From the NCBI GenBank assembly GCA_034521495.1, contig JAXHMK010000021.1, positions 115,455 to 179,454 of the forward strand: 64,000 bases of DNA, given 5' to 3'. Below are positions 19,651 through 28,243 of the stretch, piece by piece. The translations under genes and the position numbers were made by a program. Under the pieces are notes generated by a model. The model was given only the letters and a program-made list of their open reading frames with translations. It searched no databases and was not told the origin of the DNA. This DNA comes from Balneolaceae bacterium (GTDB lineage: Bacteria; Bacteroidota; Rhodothermia; Balneolales; Balneolaceae). Every line of letters begins with the position of its first letter. Within the stretch, counting starts at the first letter, position 1.

Positions 19651-19770
19651 AACCTAATCGCATTAACTGGGACGCGGACGTGGCTTCGATTTACAGAGTT
19701 GCTTGTTTTGAATTTTTAGCCGTTAATTAACTCATAATCTCCGCGCCCGTTATGCGCTGAGTCGTTATAT
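19651..19770 (+). other. attC-like site 5 with damaged R'' core
   Basis: ACCTAA-tcg-CATtAAC ... GTTATG-cgctgagtc-GTTATAT; about 4 nt are missing after CCTAA. Confidence 0.7.
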
Positions 19771-19798
19771 TTTTAAACTTTAAATTAAAAATTTCATC

Positions 19799-20014
19799 AT
19801 GTTAGAATTTATAGGTGGTCTTCTCGTAGACCTATGTCTTTTCGGTGGTATTGCCCTATTTGGTATGAGCTTTTTCAAAAAGTTCAAAAAACATCAATTC
19901 AAAATGATTATTTTTAGTATTGTTCTACTTGTACTCTGGATTGTGTTTATAGATATGGCAGCTCTTTCTGAAGCATTTCAGCAAGGCGTTGAAGCAGGTA
20001 GAGGTAATCAATAA
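19799..20014 (+). CDS. Small two-TM hypothetical protein (cassette 6)
   Basis: 71-aa ORF filling the space between attC5 and attC6; two hydrophobic segments. Confidence 0.65.
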   Translation: MLEFIGGLLVDLCLFGGIALFGMSFFKKFKKHQFKMIIFSIVLLVLWIVFIDMAALSEAFQQGVEAGRGNQ

Positions 20015-20018
20015 AACT

Positions 20019-20153
20019 GTTTAAAATATCAAGCGCATTAACTCGGACAGGCCTCGCCATCTCCTTGCCTCGCTTCCACTTATTAGTTAATATTTCGTTT
20101 TAAAACTAATTCGACATTCTGGCGCCTGCCGGTTATGCGCAATGTCGTTATCT
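20019..20153 (+). other. attC-like site 6 (last), R'' lacks AAC
   Basis: Near-identical to the right part of attC2; ends GTTATG-cgcaatgtc-GTTATCT. Confidence 0.75.
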
Positions 20154-20267
20154 GAATAACTTTCCCTCTCGTTTTCAACTGATGCACTCATTATCCATAG
20201 CCACTTTCCAGGTTATCGGTCTTCCGTATTGATCTGCTCAACCCCTCAATATCTCTGCGACCATCTG

Positions 20268-22064
20268 CTAAAATCTCATATTCAACTGACTATCCTCATC
20301 CAGATCGCGGAATTGCAGTTCATAGAGATGGCTGTACAATCCTTTCTGTTCGATCAATTCGAGGTGAGTTCCCTCTTCCACAATTTTGCCTTCATCGAGT
20401 ACAAGGATTCGATCTGCATGCTGTACGGTGGAGAGACGATGTGCAATGACAAACGTAGTACGATTTTGCATCAGCCGATAGAGTGCTTCCTGTACCTGGG
20501 CTTCTGATTCGGAATCGAGGGAGGAGGTGGCTTCATCCAGTAATAGAATCTTGGGATTTTTAAGGATGGCACGGGCAATGGCCAGCCGTTGTCGCTGGCC
20601 GCCGCTCAATTTTACACCCCGTTCACCGATCATGGAGTCATATCCATTTTCGGATTCCAGGATAAATTCATGGGCATTGGCATCTTTTGCGGCTTTTACT
20701 ACCTCCTCATCCGTGGCATCCAGTTTTCCATACAGAATATTGTCTTTGATGCTGGTTCCGAACAGGTGAATCTCTTGTGGTACGATGGATATTTTCTCGC
20801 GGAGTGATTTTACTTTCAGGTTTCGAATATCCTGTCCGTCAATAAAAATAGAACCCTCTTGTGGATCATAAAATCGAGGCAGTAAATTCAATAGCGTTGT
20901 TTTTCCCGCGCCGCTGGGTCCGACGAGAGCAATTGTTTCCCCCGCTTTTCCTTCAAACGAAATTCCTTTCAGAACATCTCGTCCATCTTCATAAGCAAAT
21001 CGTAGATTTTCCAGAGTCACCTTCCCCTTTACATTTTTGAGTGGCTTGGCATCAGGTGAATCTTCGATTTCGGGTGTTTCATCCAAGAGCTCAAAAATCC
21101 GTTCAGAAGCACCGGCTGCGGAGTTTACGGCAGTATAAAGTCGCGAGGACTGGTTAATAGACCTCGAAATATTGAGTGCATAAATGATAAAAGCCACGAG
21201 GTCACCCGCGGTTAAGCGACCGGCAAGAACCTCTTGTCCGCCATACCAGAAGATGATGACCAATGTTGTCATAAACATAATTCCCACACCCGACCAAAAA
21301 AGCTGTGTGAGGACTACTTTGCGCCGGGCTGTTTTGAAAAGTTTTTCTACTGCATTCTGATACCTGTCTACCTCATAGTCTTCACGTACAAATGCTTTTA
21401 CAAGACGAACCGCCCCGAGGGCATCTTCAGCAACAGCGGTGGAGTCGGCCAGTTCATCCTGGATGCCACGCGAGAGCTCTCGAATTTTCTTTCCAAAATA
21501 TCTTGTGGCGATAGTTACAACAGGAACCGTCAGGAATATGACGGAACTCAGCCGCCAGTTCAGCATGACCATTAATGAAACGGAACCAATCAGGGAAAAT
21601 GAGATGGTAAGCAGTTGCGGGAGTGAATCTGTCAGCGCGGTCCGTATCGATCCAACATCATTCGTAAGGCGTGATGTGATCTCTCCTAATCTTCGCTCGG
21701 CAAAAAATCGAAATCCTAATCGGTGCAGGTGTTGATAGAGTTTCTTTCGAAGGTCGGTAATCACCCGTTCACCCACCCACTCCAGGTGGTAATTCCCGGC
21801 GAATGAGAATACAGCCTGTAAAATAAACAGTACAAATAACCCGATAGCGAGCATATTCAGCAGGCCGGCATCACCCGTTTCAAAAACGGCATCCAGCAGT
21901 TCACGTAATCCCAGTGGAACCGTCAGCCAAATTCCGGATGCAATAATCGTAGCTACAGTAGCCGCATAAAACCGAAGTCGATACGGCTTGCTGAGTTCAA
22001 ATATTTCCATCAGAGTCGTCCAAAGAGACTTGATGGATCGCTGCTGTTTTTCTTCTTCTGGCAT
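20268..22064 (-). CDS. ABC exporter, fused permease/ATPase (MsbA-like)
   Basis: GPSGAGKT, LSGGQRQR, LLLDEATSSLD; N-terminal TM domain. Confidence 0.93.
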   Translation of the reverse strand: MPEEEKQQRSIKSLWTTLMEIFELSKPYRLRFYAATVATIIASGIWLTVPLGLRELLDAVFETGDAGLLNMLAIGLFVLFILQAVFSFAGNYHLEWVGERVITDLRKKLYQHLHRLGFRFFAERRLGEITSRLTNDVGSIRTALTDSLPQLLTISFSLIGSVSLMVMLNWRLSSVIFLTVPVVTIATRYFGKKIRELSRGIQDELADSTAVAEDALGAVRLVKAFVREDYEVDRYQNAVEKLFKTARRKVVLTQLFWSGVGIMFMTTLVIIFWYGGQEVLAGRLTAGDLVAFIIYALNISRSINQSSRLYTAVNSAAGASERIFELLDETPEIEDSPDAKPLKNVKGKVTLENLRFAYEDGRDVLKGISFEGKAGETIALVGPSGAGKTTLLNLLPRFYDPQEGSIFIDGQDIRNLKVKSLREKISIVPQEIHLFGTSIKDNILYGKLDATDEEVVKAAKDANAHEFILESENGYDSMIGERGVKLSGGQRQRLAIARAILKNPKILLLDEATSSLDSESEAQVQEALYRLMQNRTTFVIAHRLSTVQHADRILVLDEGKIVEEGTHLELIEQKGLYSHLYELQFRDLDEDSQLNMRF

Positions 22065-22086
22065 TGAATACTTATTAAGGATTAAA

Positions 22087-22470
22087 ATCTCCCCTTGAGG
22101 GGAGTCCCCGATTTATCGGGGGAGGGGTGTTCCCGTCGCAAGACCCACACCTGCTTTTCTGGCATTATATAATTGTTAAAGTCATTCCAGCCCCTGAGCC
22201 GGAATCTCCAATCGAAAGAATATTTGGGGATTCTGAGTCAAGCGCAGAATGACTGAATCTATTATTAAATTATCAGAAATTGTCTCCCTCACCCCAACCC
22301 CTCTCCCGCGGGAGAGGGGCAAAGGGGAGAGGGCAAAAACTCATTTCGACCCCCTGATCCGGAATTCGGCTGGCGCAAACGTCTCGTTTGTGCCCTGCGT
22401 TTTTGATGACACAAGCGAGGACGCTTGCGCCATTACTTTTCACTTTTGCGTTTTGCCTTCTCACTCATCA
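22087..22470. repeat. Cluster of several different REP-like elements
   Basis: CCCCTTGAGGGG type (about 22089); GTCATTCC...GAATGAC doublet (22181-22253); CCCTCTCCCGCGGGAGAGGG (about 22298); TGGCGCAAACG...CGCTTGCGCCA (22371-22432); heptad tract TACTTTT CACTTTT GCGTTTT GCCTTCT. Confidence 0.75.
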
Positions 22471-22564
22471 AACCCTAATTGTACAAATTTAATGCCAACA
22501 AATTGAGATTTTTTGCTTTCAATTCAGTATCTATCAGCCAGAAAGAAAAATTAGAGATGAGCGT

Positions 22565-23062
22565 ATGGATGCAGACTTGATTACGTGGATTTTTTTAGTT
22601 GGCGGAGTGGTGCTTATGCTGTTGGAGGCGTTAATTCCGGGGGGTGTAACATTTATCCTTGGATTCAGCGGACTGGCAGTCGGCATTTTTCGATATCTTG
22701 GATTTTTGGAAGATCCATTTACCGCCACATTTACATGGCTCTTCTCGTCCATGGCGTTGACTATTCTCATTCGCCCGTTCATTAAAAAGTATTTTCCGGG
22801 AGAAACCTTCTCCAAATTTGCTGATGAAGATTACGAAGCGATGGGACAGATTGTAGAGGCTTTGGAACCGATTAACGAATTTGATAACAGCGGACGAATC
22901 CGTTACCAGGGAATTTCGTGGCAGGCACGTTCGATGGAAGGAAAAATTCCTGCCGGAACGCAGGTGCGCATCAAATACAGAGAAAATACAACGTGGATTG
23001 TGGAACCGGTGGATTCGATTGATCCCCAAAAAACTCAACTCAAAGATAAAAACAGGAATTAA
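22565..23062 (+). CDS. NfeD-family membrane protein
   Basis: N-terminal TM helices plus OB-fold GRIRYQGISWQARS; upstream of SPFH genes. Confidence 0.85.
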   Translation: MDADLITWIFLVGGVVLMLLEALIPGGVTFILGFSGLAVGIFRYLGFLEDPFTATFTWLFSSMALTILIRPFIKKYFPGETFSKFADEDYEAMGQIVEALEPINEFDNSGRIRYQGISWQARSMEGKIPAGTQVRIKYRENTTWIVEPVDSIDPQKTQLKDKNRN

Positions 23063-23063
23063 T

Positions 23064-23999
23064 ATGTGGACAGTACTATTAGTGATTATTGTAATCATGT
23101 ATATAATCTTAACCCGGTTGTTCCAGATTGTGGAGTTCCGGGAAGAGGTGATTCAGGAGAGACTTGGTAAATACAAGAAAACACTTACACCGGGCTTTCA
23201 TTTTTTGATCCCATTTGTGGATCGTCCCGCCTATAGCCAGGAGATGCGCGAGCAGGTGATTGATGTTCCCAGCCAGACCTGTATCACAAAAGATAATATA
23301 GAAGTAACGGTGGACGGGCTCGTGTATCTGAAAGTGATGGATTCGTATAAAGCCAGCTATGGGATCGCAAATTATCACTCCGCCGCAGTAAACCTGGCTC
23401 AGACAACCATGCGGAGTGAGATCGGGAAAATTACACTGGATGATACCTTTTCAGAACGCGAAATGATGAATGAAAATATTGTCCGGGAGATCGATAAGGC
23501 GGCCGACCCCTGGGGAATAAAAGTGATGCGATATGAAATTAAAAATATTCGTCCTTCGGAAGAGATTGTGGATACAATGGAGAAACAGATGGAGGCCGAA
23601 AGGGAAAAACGGGCTGAGATTACTCATTCCGAGGGTCACCGGCAGGCGCGTATCAATGAATCGGAAGGAGAGCAGACCAGCCAGGTATTGGTTTCTGAAG
23701 CGGAACGACAGCGCAGAATTAATGAGGCCAAAGGCCGTGCCAAAGAGATTGAATTGATTGCCACAGCAACTGCGAAAGGTATTCGGCGAGTGGCTGAAGC
23801 TATCCAGCGGCCCGGCGGAGATATTGCGGTTAAAACAAAACTCGTGGAACAGTACATCAACCAGTTTGGCAAGATCATCAAAAATACAAATGTTTCAGTT
23901 TTGCCAACGGAAACAGCCAACCTGAAAACATTTTTTGAAGGGGTAAGCAAGGTAAGTGATCACACAAAATCGTCAACAAATTCTAAGGGAGGGAAATAA
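23064..23999 (+). CDS. SPFH/stomatin-like (paraslipin) protein 1
   Basis: ERLGKY..TL.PGFHFLIPFVDR, CITKDNI, AQTTMRSEIG. Start re-assigned to ATG 23064. Confidence 0.92.
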   Translation: MWTVLLVIIVIMYIILTRLFQIVEFREEVIQERLGKYKKTLTPGFHFLIPFVDRPAYSQEMREQVIDVPSQTCITKDNIEVTVDGLVYLKVMDSYKASYGIANYHSAAVNLAQTTMRSEIGKITLDDTFSEREMMNENIVREIDKAADPWGIKVMRYEIKNIRPSEEIVDTMEKQMEAEREKRAEITHSEGHRQARINESEGEQTSQVLVSEAERQRRINEAKGRAKEIELIATATAKGIRRVAEAIQRPGGDIAVKTKLVEQYINQFGKIIKNTNVSVLPTETANLKTFFEGVSKVSDHTKSSTNSKGGK

Positions 24000-24001
24000 T
24001 T

Positions 24002-24952
24002 ATGCAGATTCTAAATTCAATCAGCCAGGTATTGTTGGCGCTTTTTTCTGTCTATGTGATGTTTCAATTTGTTCGGGCGATACGCCTGGTGCCCAACCAA
24101 TTCAATTTTATCGTAGAGCGGCTTGGTAATTATCATAAAACGCTCGGAGCCGGCTTTCATGCTCTTGTGCCCTTTATTGATAAGGTGGTGTACAAGCAGG
24201 ATTTGAGAGAGGAAACCATTGAGGTGGAACCGCAGGAGTGTTTCACCAAAGATAATGTAAAGGTGGAAGTGGATGGTGTGATCTACATCAGTGTGATGGA
24301 CCCGGTCAATGCCAGTTACGGCGTAACCGATTATCGGTATGCGGCCGTTCAGCTTGCGCAGACTACAACCCGGTCCGTAATCGGTGTGATGGATCTGGAT
24401 GAAACCTTTGAAGAACGGGCCAAAATGAGTAAGGAAGTAGTGGAGGTGCTCAGCGAAATGGAGCGCCCGTGGGGAATTAAAGTCCACCGGTATGAAATTA
24501 AGAATATCATGACTCCCCGAACGGTACAAAACGCGATGGAACGGCAGATGACGGCGGAGCGAGATCGCCGGGCTGTGATTGCAAAATCGGAAGGAGTGAA
24601 AGGTTCAAAAATTAATGATGCAGAGGGGATGCGTACGGAGATTATCAACATCTCAGAGGCAGCTATGCAGCGGCGAATCAACGAAGCTGAAGGTACAGCG
24701 CAGGAGATTGAAGCGATTGCTGAAGCCACGGCAAGTTCCATTGAACAGATTGCCGATGCACTTTCTCAAGACAAAGGAAAAGAAGCGATGCAGCTACAAC
24801 TTGCTGAGAAGTATCTTGACGTTTTGGAAGGCCTCGGCAGGGATGAGAACGATATTATCCTGCCCAAAGATATCACCAATTACGATGCATTAATGGAGGG
24901 CTTGTCATTGGATAAAATGGTGATGGGTTCTAATCCAGAGAAGAAAAAGTGA
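24002..24952 (+). CDS. SPFH/stomatin-like protein 2
   Basis: ERLGNYHKTL, CFTKDNV, AQTTTRSVIG, RQMTAERDRRA. Confidence 0.92.
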   Translation: MQILNSISQVLLALFSVYVMFQFVRAIRLVPNQFNFIVERLGNYHKTLGAGFHALVPFIDKVVYKQDLREETIEVEPQECFTKDNVKVEVDGVIYISVMDPVNASYGVTDYRYAAVQLAQTTTRSVIGVMDLDETFEERAKMSKEVVEVLSEMERPWGIKVHRYEIKNIMTPRTVQNAMERQMTAERDRRAVIAKSEGVKGSKINDAEGMRTEIINISEAAMQRRINEAEGTAQEIEAIAEATASSIEQIADALSQDKGKEAMQLQLAEKYLDVLEGLGRDENDIILPKDITNYDALMEGLSLDKMVMGSNPEKKK

Positions 24953-24978
24953 GGCTTTTCTCAATACGTTTTTACTTG

Positions 24979-25025
24979 TTCCGAAAGTCTCTTTCGGAAC
25001 ACACGGCTCTGAAGCTCCGCTTCTC
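24979..25025. repeat. REP-like hairpin
   Basis: GTTCCGAAAG-tct-CTTTCGGAAC followed by GAAGCTCCGCTTC. Confidence 0.5.
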
Positions 25026-25045
25026 ATCAGAAAAACAGTCTAAAA

Positions 25046-25996
25046 ATGCTACATAAATCATTGCGGCAATTTATTGTCATTGTAATTTGTATTCTTCCGT
25101 TTCTGCAATCATGTGGTGAAGCAGAAACTCAGTCCAATCTGCAAGTTGAAGAAGGAACGGTATCCATCAACGGGACGGAAATTTACTACAACAAGGTGGG
25201 AGAGGGAGAGCCGATTATCGTTGTTCACGGCGGACCGGTGTTGGATCATGGATATCTTGAACGTTCTTTTGAACCGCTTTCCGAACATTACGAGCTTCTC
25301 TATTTTGATCAACGGCTGAGCGGCAGATCATCCGCGGATGTGGACAGTACCGACATAACACTGGACAATTTTGTGGAGGATATCGAAGCCCTTCGGCAAG
25401 AGTTCAACTATGAAAAGGTGCACCTGATGGCACATTCCTGGGGCGGCTTGCTGGCGATGAAGTATGCAATCAAATATCCATCAAACCTGAATTCCCTGAT
25501 TTTGTTGAACACGATGCCGGCGAACACGGAAGACTGGCGGAAGGAATCGCAAATAGTTGCCCGGAGAACATCGGCAGAAGACAGTCTTAGGCGTAGTGAG
25601 ATTATGAGTTCGGAGCTCTTTCAAACCAATCCGCCCGAAGCTATCGAGCAACTGCTGGTTCTGTCATTTCGAAATCAATTTAAAGATCCTTCGCTGACTG
25701 ATAGCCTGGATTTTTACATCCCGGAAGATTATATGATTCGCAGCCAGCGATTTGGATATTTAATGGCAGAACTCTCGAACTATAATCTGTATGCGGAATT
25801 AGATTCACTGGACATACCAACACTATTAGTGTATGGAAGTAATGAACCTGCAGTTGACATTAGTGGTAAAAACCTGAATTCGACTTTTCCAAATTCTCAA
25901 TTGTCAGTCATTCAAAATTCAGGTCACTTTCCATTTATCGAGCAACCAAATCAGTTTTTTGAGATAATTCAATCATTTCTTGATACGTTAGAGTAA
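25046..25996 (+). CDS. Alpha/beta hydrolase, proline iminopeptidase-like, predicted lipoprotein
   Basis: HGGP, DQRLSGRS, HSWGG nucleophile, SGHFPF. Confidence 0.85.
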   Translation: MLHKSLRQFIVIVICILPFLQSCGEAETQSNLQVEEGTVSINGTEIYYNKVGEGEPIIVVHGGPVLDHGYLERSFEPLSEHYELLYFDQRLSGRSSADVDSTDITLDNFVEDIEALRQEFNYEKVHLMAHSWGGLLAMKYAIKYPSNLNSLILLNTMPANTEDWRKESQIVARRTSAEDSLRRSEIMSSELFQTNPPEAIEQLLVLSFRNQFKDPSLTDSLDFYIPEDYMIRSQRFGYLMAELSNYNLYAELDSLDIPTLLVYGSNEPAVDISGKNLNSTFPNSQLSVIQNSGHFPFIEQPNQFFEIIQSFLDTLE

Positions 25997-26117
25997 CTCA
26001 ATATGCCCGGTATTTCAAAGACCTCTAAAATTTTTCACTTTTTCGCTTCAAAGGAATTTCAGCATTTCCTTTTGAGTTATATAAATTGTAATCATGTAGA
26101 ATTTCAGACGTTGGCGT

Positions 26118-26747
26118 ATGATTTTCCCATTAAAAACAATCATAAAAAAGCGAAGCAGCTTAAAATTTTTCCTTTTCTCAGGTTTGGTTTTTATGCTCTC
26201 GATTTATCTGGCTATACCGGCAAAAGCCCAGGTGAATCGCGTGGAGATTGGAGACCGCGTACGGGTTACAGCACCTTTTGTTGATCCGATGGAGAGAATA
26301 AAAGGTACCATTTCCGAGATGTCCGGATCCGTATTGGTACTTTCCAACAAAGATTCACTGATATATATATCTGATTCTTTGATACAAAATTTAGAGGTAT
26401 CTACTGGAAAAAAGAGAGTGATTGGTGAAGGATTATTAATCGGGGCAGTGACCGGTACCGTATTGTTCGGAGTAATATCAGCGATTATCAACGATCCTTG
26501 CAGACCCACCGAAAATAATTGTTCGGCTACGAGAACGAGAAGCAATGGAGATGCATTTGTATCAGGCGGTACTATGGGGCTGTTGGCAGGGAGTGTAGCC
26601 GGGATAGTGTCGGGATTTTTTATAAAAATTGACGACTGGGAGCGAGGACCGGTTCATTTGGGGTTAGGAGTTGCACCTGCACAAAGTGATGTAGATGAAT
26701 GGTCGGTGAAGCCTGCTGTTTCTTTGAAAATACCGTTGGGTGATTAG
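26118..26747 (+). CDS. Hypothetical exported/membrane protein
   Basis: Signal-like N-terminus and two Gly-rich hydrophobic helices; true start may be downstream. Confidence 0.6.
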   Translation: MIFPLKTIIKKRSSLKFFLFSGLVFMLSIYLAIPAKAQVNRVEIGDRVRVTAPFVDPMERIKGTISEMSGSVLVLSNKDSLIYISDSLIQNLEVSTGKKRVIGEGLLIGAVTGTVLFGVISAIINDPCRPTENNCSATRTRSNGDAFVSGGTMGLLAGSVAGIVSGFFIKIDDWERGPVHLGLGVAPAQSDVDEWSVKPAVSLKIPLGD

Positions 26748-26750
26748 AGG

Positions 26751-27057
26751 AATGAATTCACCATACCGCTGGGCGTTCCTCACAAACCTTACAACCCGAC
26801 CGATGAGCCCGTTGTATGTGAGGTGATCTGCCGGCGCAATTTGTCGTGTATCTTATTCAGATATACGGCTATATGGACGAGAACGAAAGGAATGGAGAGC
26901 CACCGAGAATGATTTTCCAGATGGCGCTGTCTAACCAGTATTTTGATTCCTACCTCGGCGAAGACCCATTTGGCTTCAGAAGACGCTCAATTTTCTACTC
27001 ATTCCGCTGGCCCGGCTGATGGGATACAAATCATTCTATGAGAAGTACCGGGTTTGA
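26751..27057 (+). pseudogene. 5'-truncated, frameshifted cupin-domain gene remnant
   Basis: Two frames read EFTIPLGVPHKPYNPTDEPVVCEV and QIYGYMDE...LIPLARLMGYKSFYEKYRV*; no start codon. Confidence 0.6.
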
Positions 27058-27070
27058 TAACAAGATCCAA

Positions 27071-28072
27071 TTATCCGTAAATCAAGAATAATATACCTGC
27101 AATCACTATAAAGTTGAGAATACTCAGCGGCAGTAATCGAGACCAGCCCAGTTTCATCACCTGGTTATATTTGAATCGTGGAATGGTCCATCGTACCCAG
27201 ATAAACAGGAATATGAAAAACCCGGTTTTAATCGTGAAGACCGATACATCGAGAATACCTTTAACAAGAGGTGAGAGTTCAGGGAGCCAGTAACCGGCAA
27301 AAGGAAGATGGTAAGCGCCAAAGAAGAAGGTGGTCATCAGCATGGAGTTGATCACAACGTGCATATACTCAGCGAGAAAAAACATTCCGAATTTCATGGA
27401 GCTGTACTCTGTGTGGAATCCGCCGACAAGTTCCTGTTCCGCCTCAACCAGATCGAAAGGCGTTCGGTTACTTTCAGCAAAAGCAGCAATAATAAAAATA
27501 ATTGCACCCAGCGGGTTCAGAAATACGAACCACCAGGTTTCCTGGTAGGCGGCAATATCAACTACGCGAAGAGAACCAACAAAGATTACAACAGATGCAA
27601 CTGCCATTCCAAGTGGTAATTCATAACTGATCATTTGAGCTGCCGCCCGTAAACCTCCAAGAAGAGAATATTTACTATTGGATGACCAGCCTGCAAGCGT
27701 AACCCCATAAACACCAAGAGAGGCTACAGCAAGAAGATAAAGTACACTTGCATTGATGTTTGTTGCGTAAAGTCCTTCGCCAAATGGAATTACGGCTACC
27801 GTCATCAATGCGGTTATTACAGGTATCATCGGGGCAACTGTGTGGATAAACTTGTTGCCTTCTGTAGGTGTAACATCCTCTTTTAAAAGTAGTTTTAAAA
27901 CATCCGCTATGGGCTGAAGTAAACCTGCCGGACCAACCCTGTTAGGTCCCATACGGTTTTGAATAAAGGCTGCAACTCTGCGTTCAGCATATACTGCAAT
28001 TGCTGCAGAGTTTAAGAGCATGAATAGTGCCACGCCCAGTACTATGAAAGATGTTAATGTAACTTCTGCCAT
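27071..28072 (-). CDS. nuoH: NADH-quinone oxidoreductase subunit H
   Basis: ERRVAAFIQNRMGPNRVG, PFDLVEAEQELVGGFHTEYS. Confidence 0.97.
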   Translation of the reverse strand: MAEVTLTSFIVLGVALFMLLNSAAIAVYAERRVAAFIQNRMGPNRVGPAGLLQPIADVLKLLLKEDVTPTEGNKFIHTVAPMIPVITALMTVAVIPFGEGLYATNINASVLYLLAVASLGVYGVTLAGWSSNSKYSLLGGLRAAAQMISYELPLGMAVASVVIFVGSLRVVDIAAYQETWWFVFLNPLGAIIFIIAAFAESNRTPFDLVEAEQELVGGFHTEYSSMKFGMFFLAEYMHVVINSMLMTTFFFGAYHLPFAGYWLPELSPLVKGILDVSVFTIKTGFFIFLFIWVRWTIPRFKYNQVMKLGWSRLLPLSILNFIVIAGILFLIYG

Positions 28073-28085
28073 CCCAATAATTTAA

Positions 28086-28242
28086 TTGAGTTTATGATTG
28101 TTGAATGTCCCCCTTTGAAGGGGGCAATGGGGGATGATCTTTAGTAATTTAGTTTGATTTCTAAATTTATAATTGTCTTAAATTCCATTGGTCATCCCCC
28201 TGAATCAACTTTGTTGATTCTCTCCCCCTTCGAAGGGGGAAT
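28086..28242. repeat. Inverted REP doublet (CCCCCTTTGAAGGGGG type) between nuoG and nuoH
   Basis: TCCCCCTTTGAAGGGGGCAATGGGGGATGA and the inverted copy TCATCCCCC...CCCCCTTCGAAGGGGGA. Confidence 0.75.
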
Positions 28243-28243
28243 T

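Noticed and set aside
10437-20153. CRISPR array or tandem repeat array
   Set aside because: The repeats are 90-135 bp imperfect palindromes separated by whole genes, not short repeats with uniform spacers; no cas genes are present.
22565-24952. nfeD plus two SPFH genes as a novel system
   Set aside because: This is a widespread, well-described gene arrangement.
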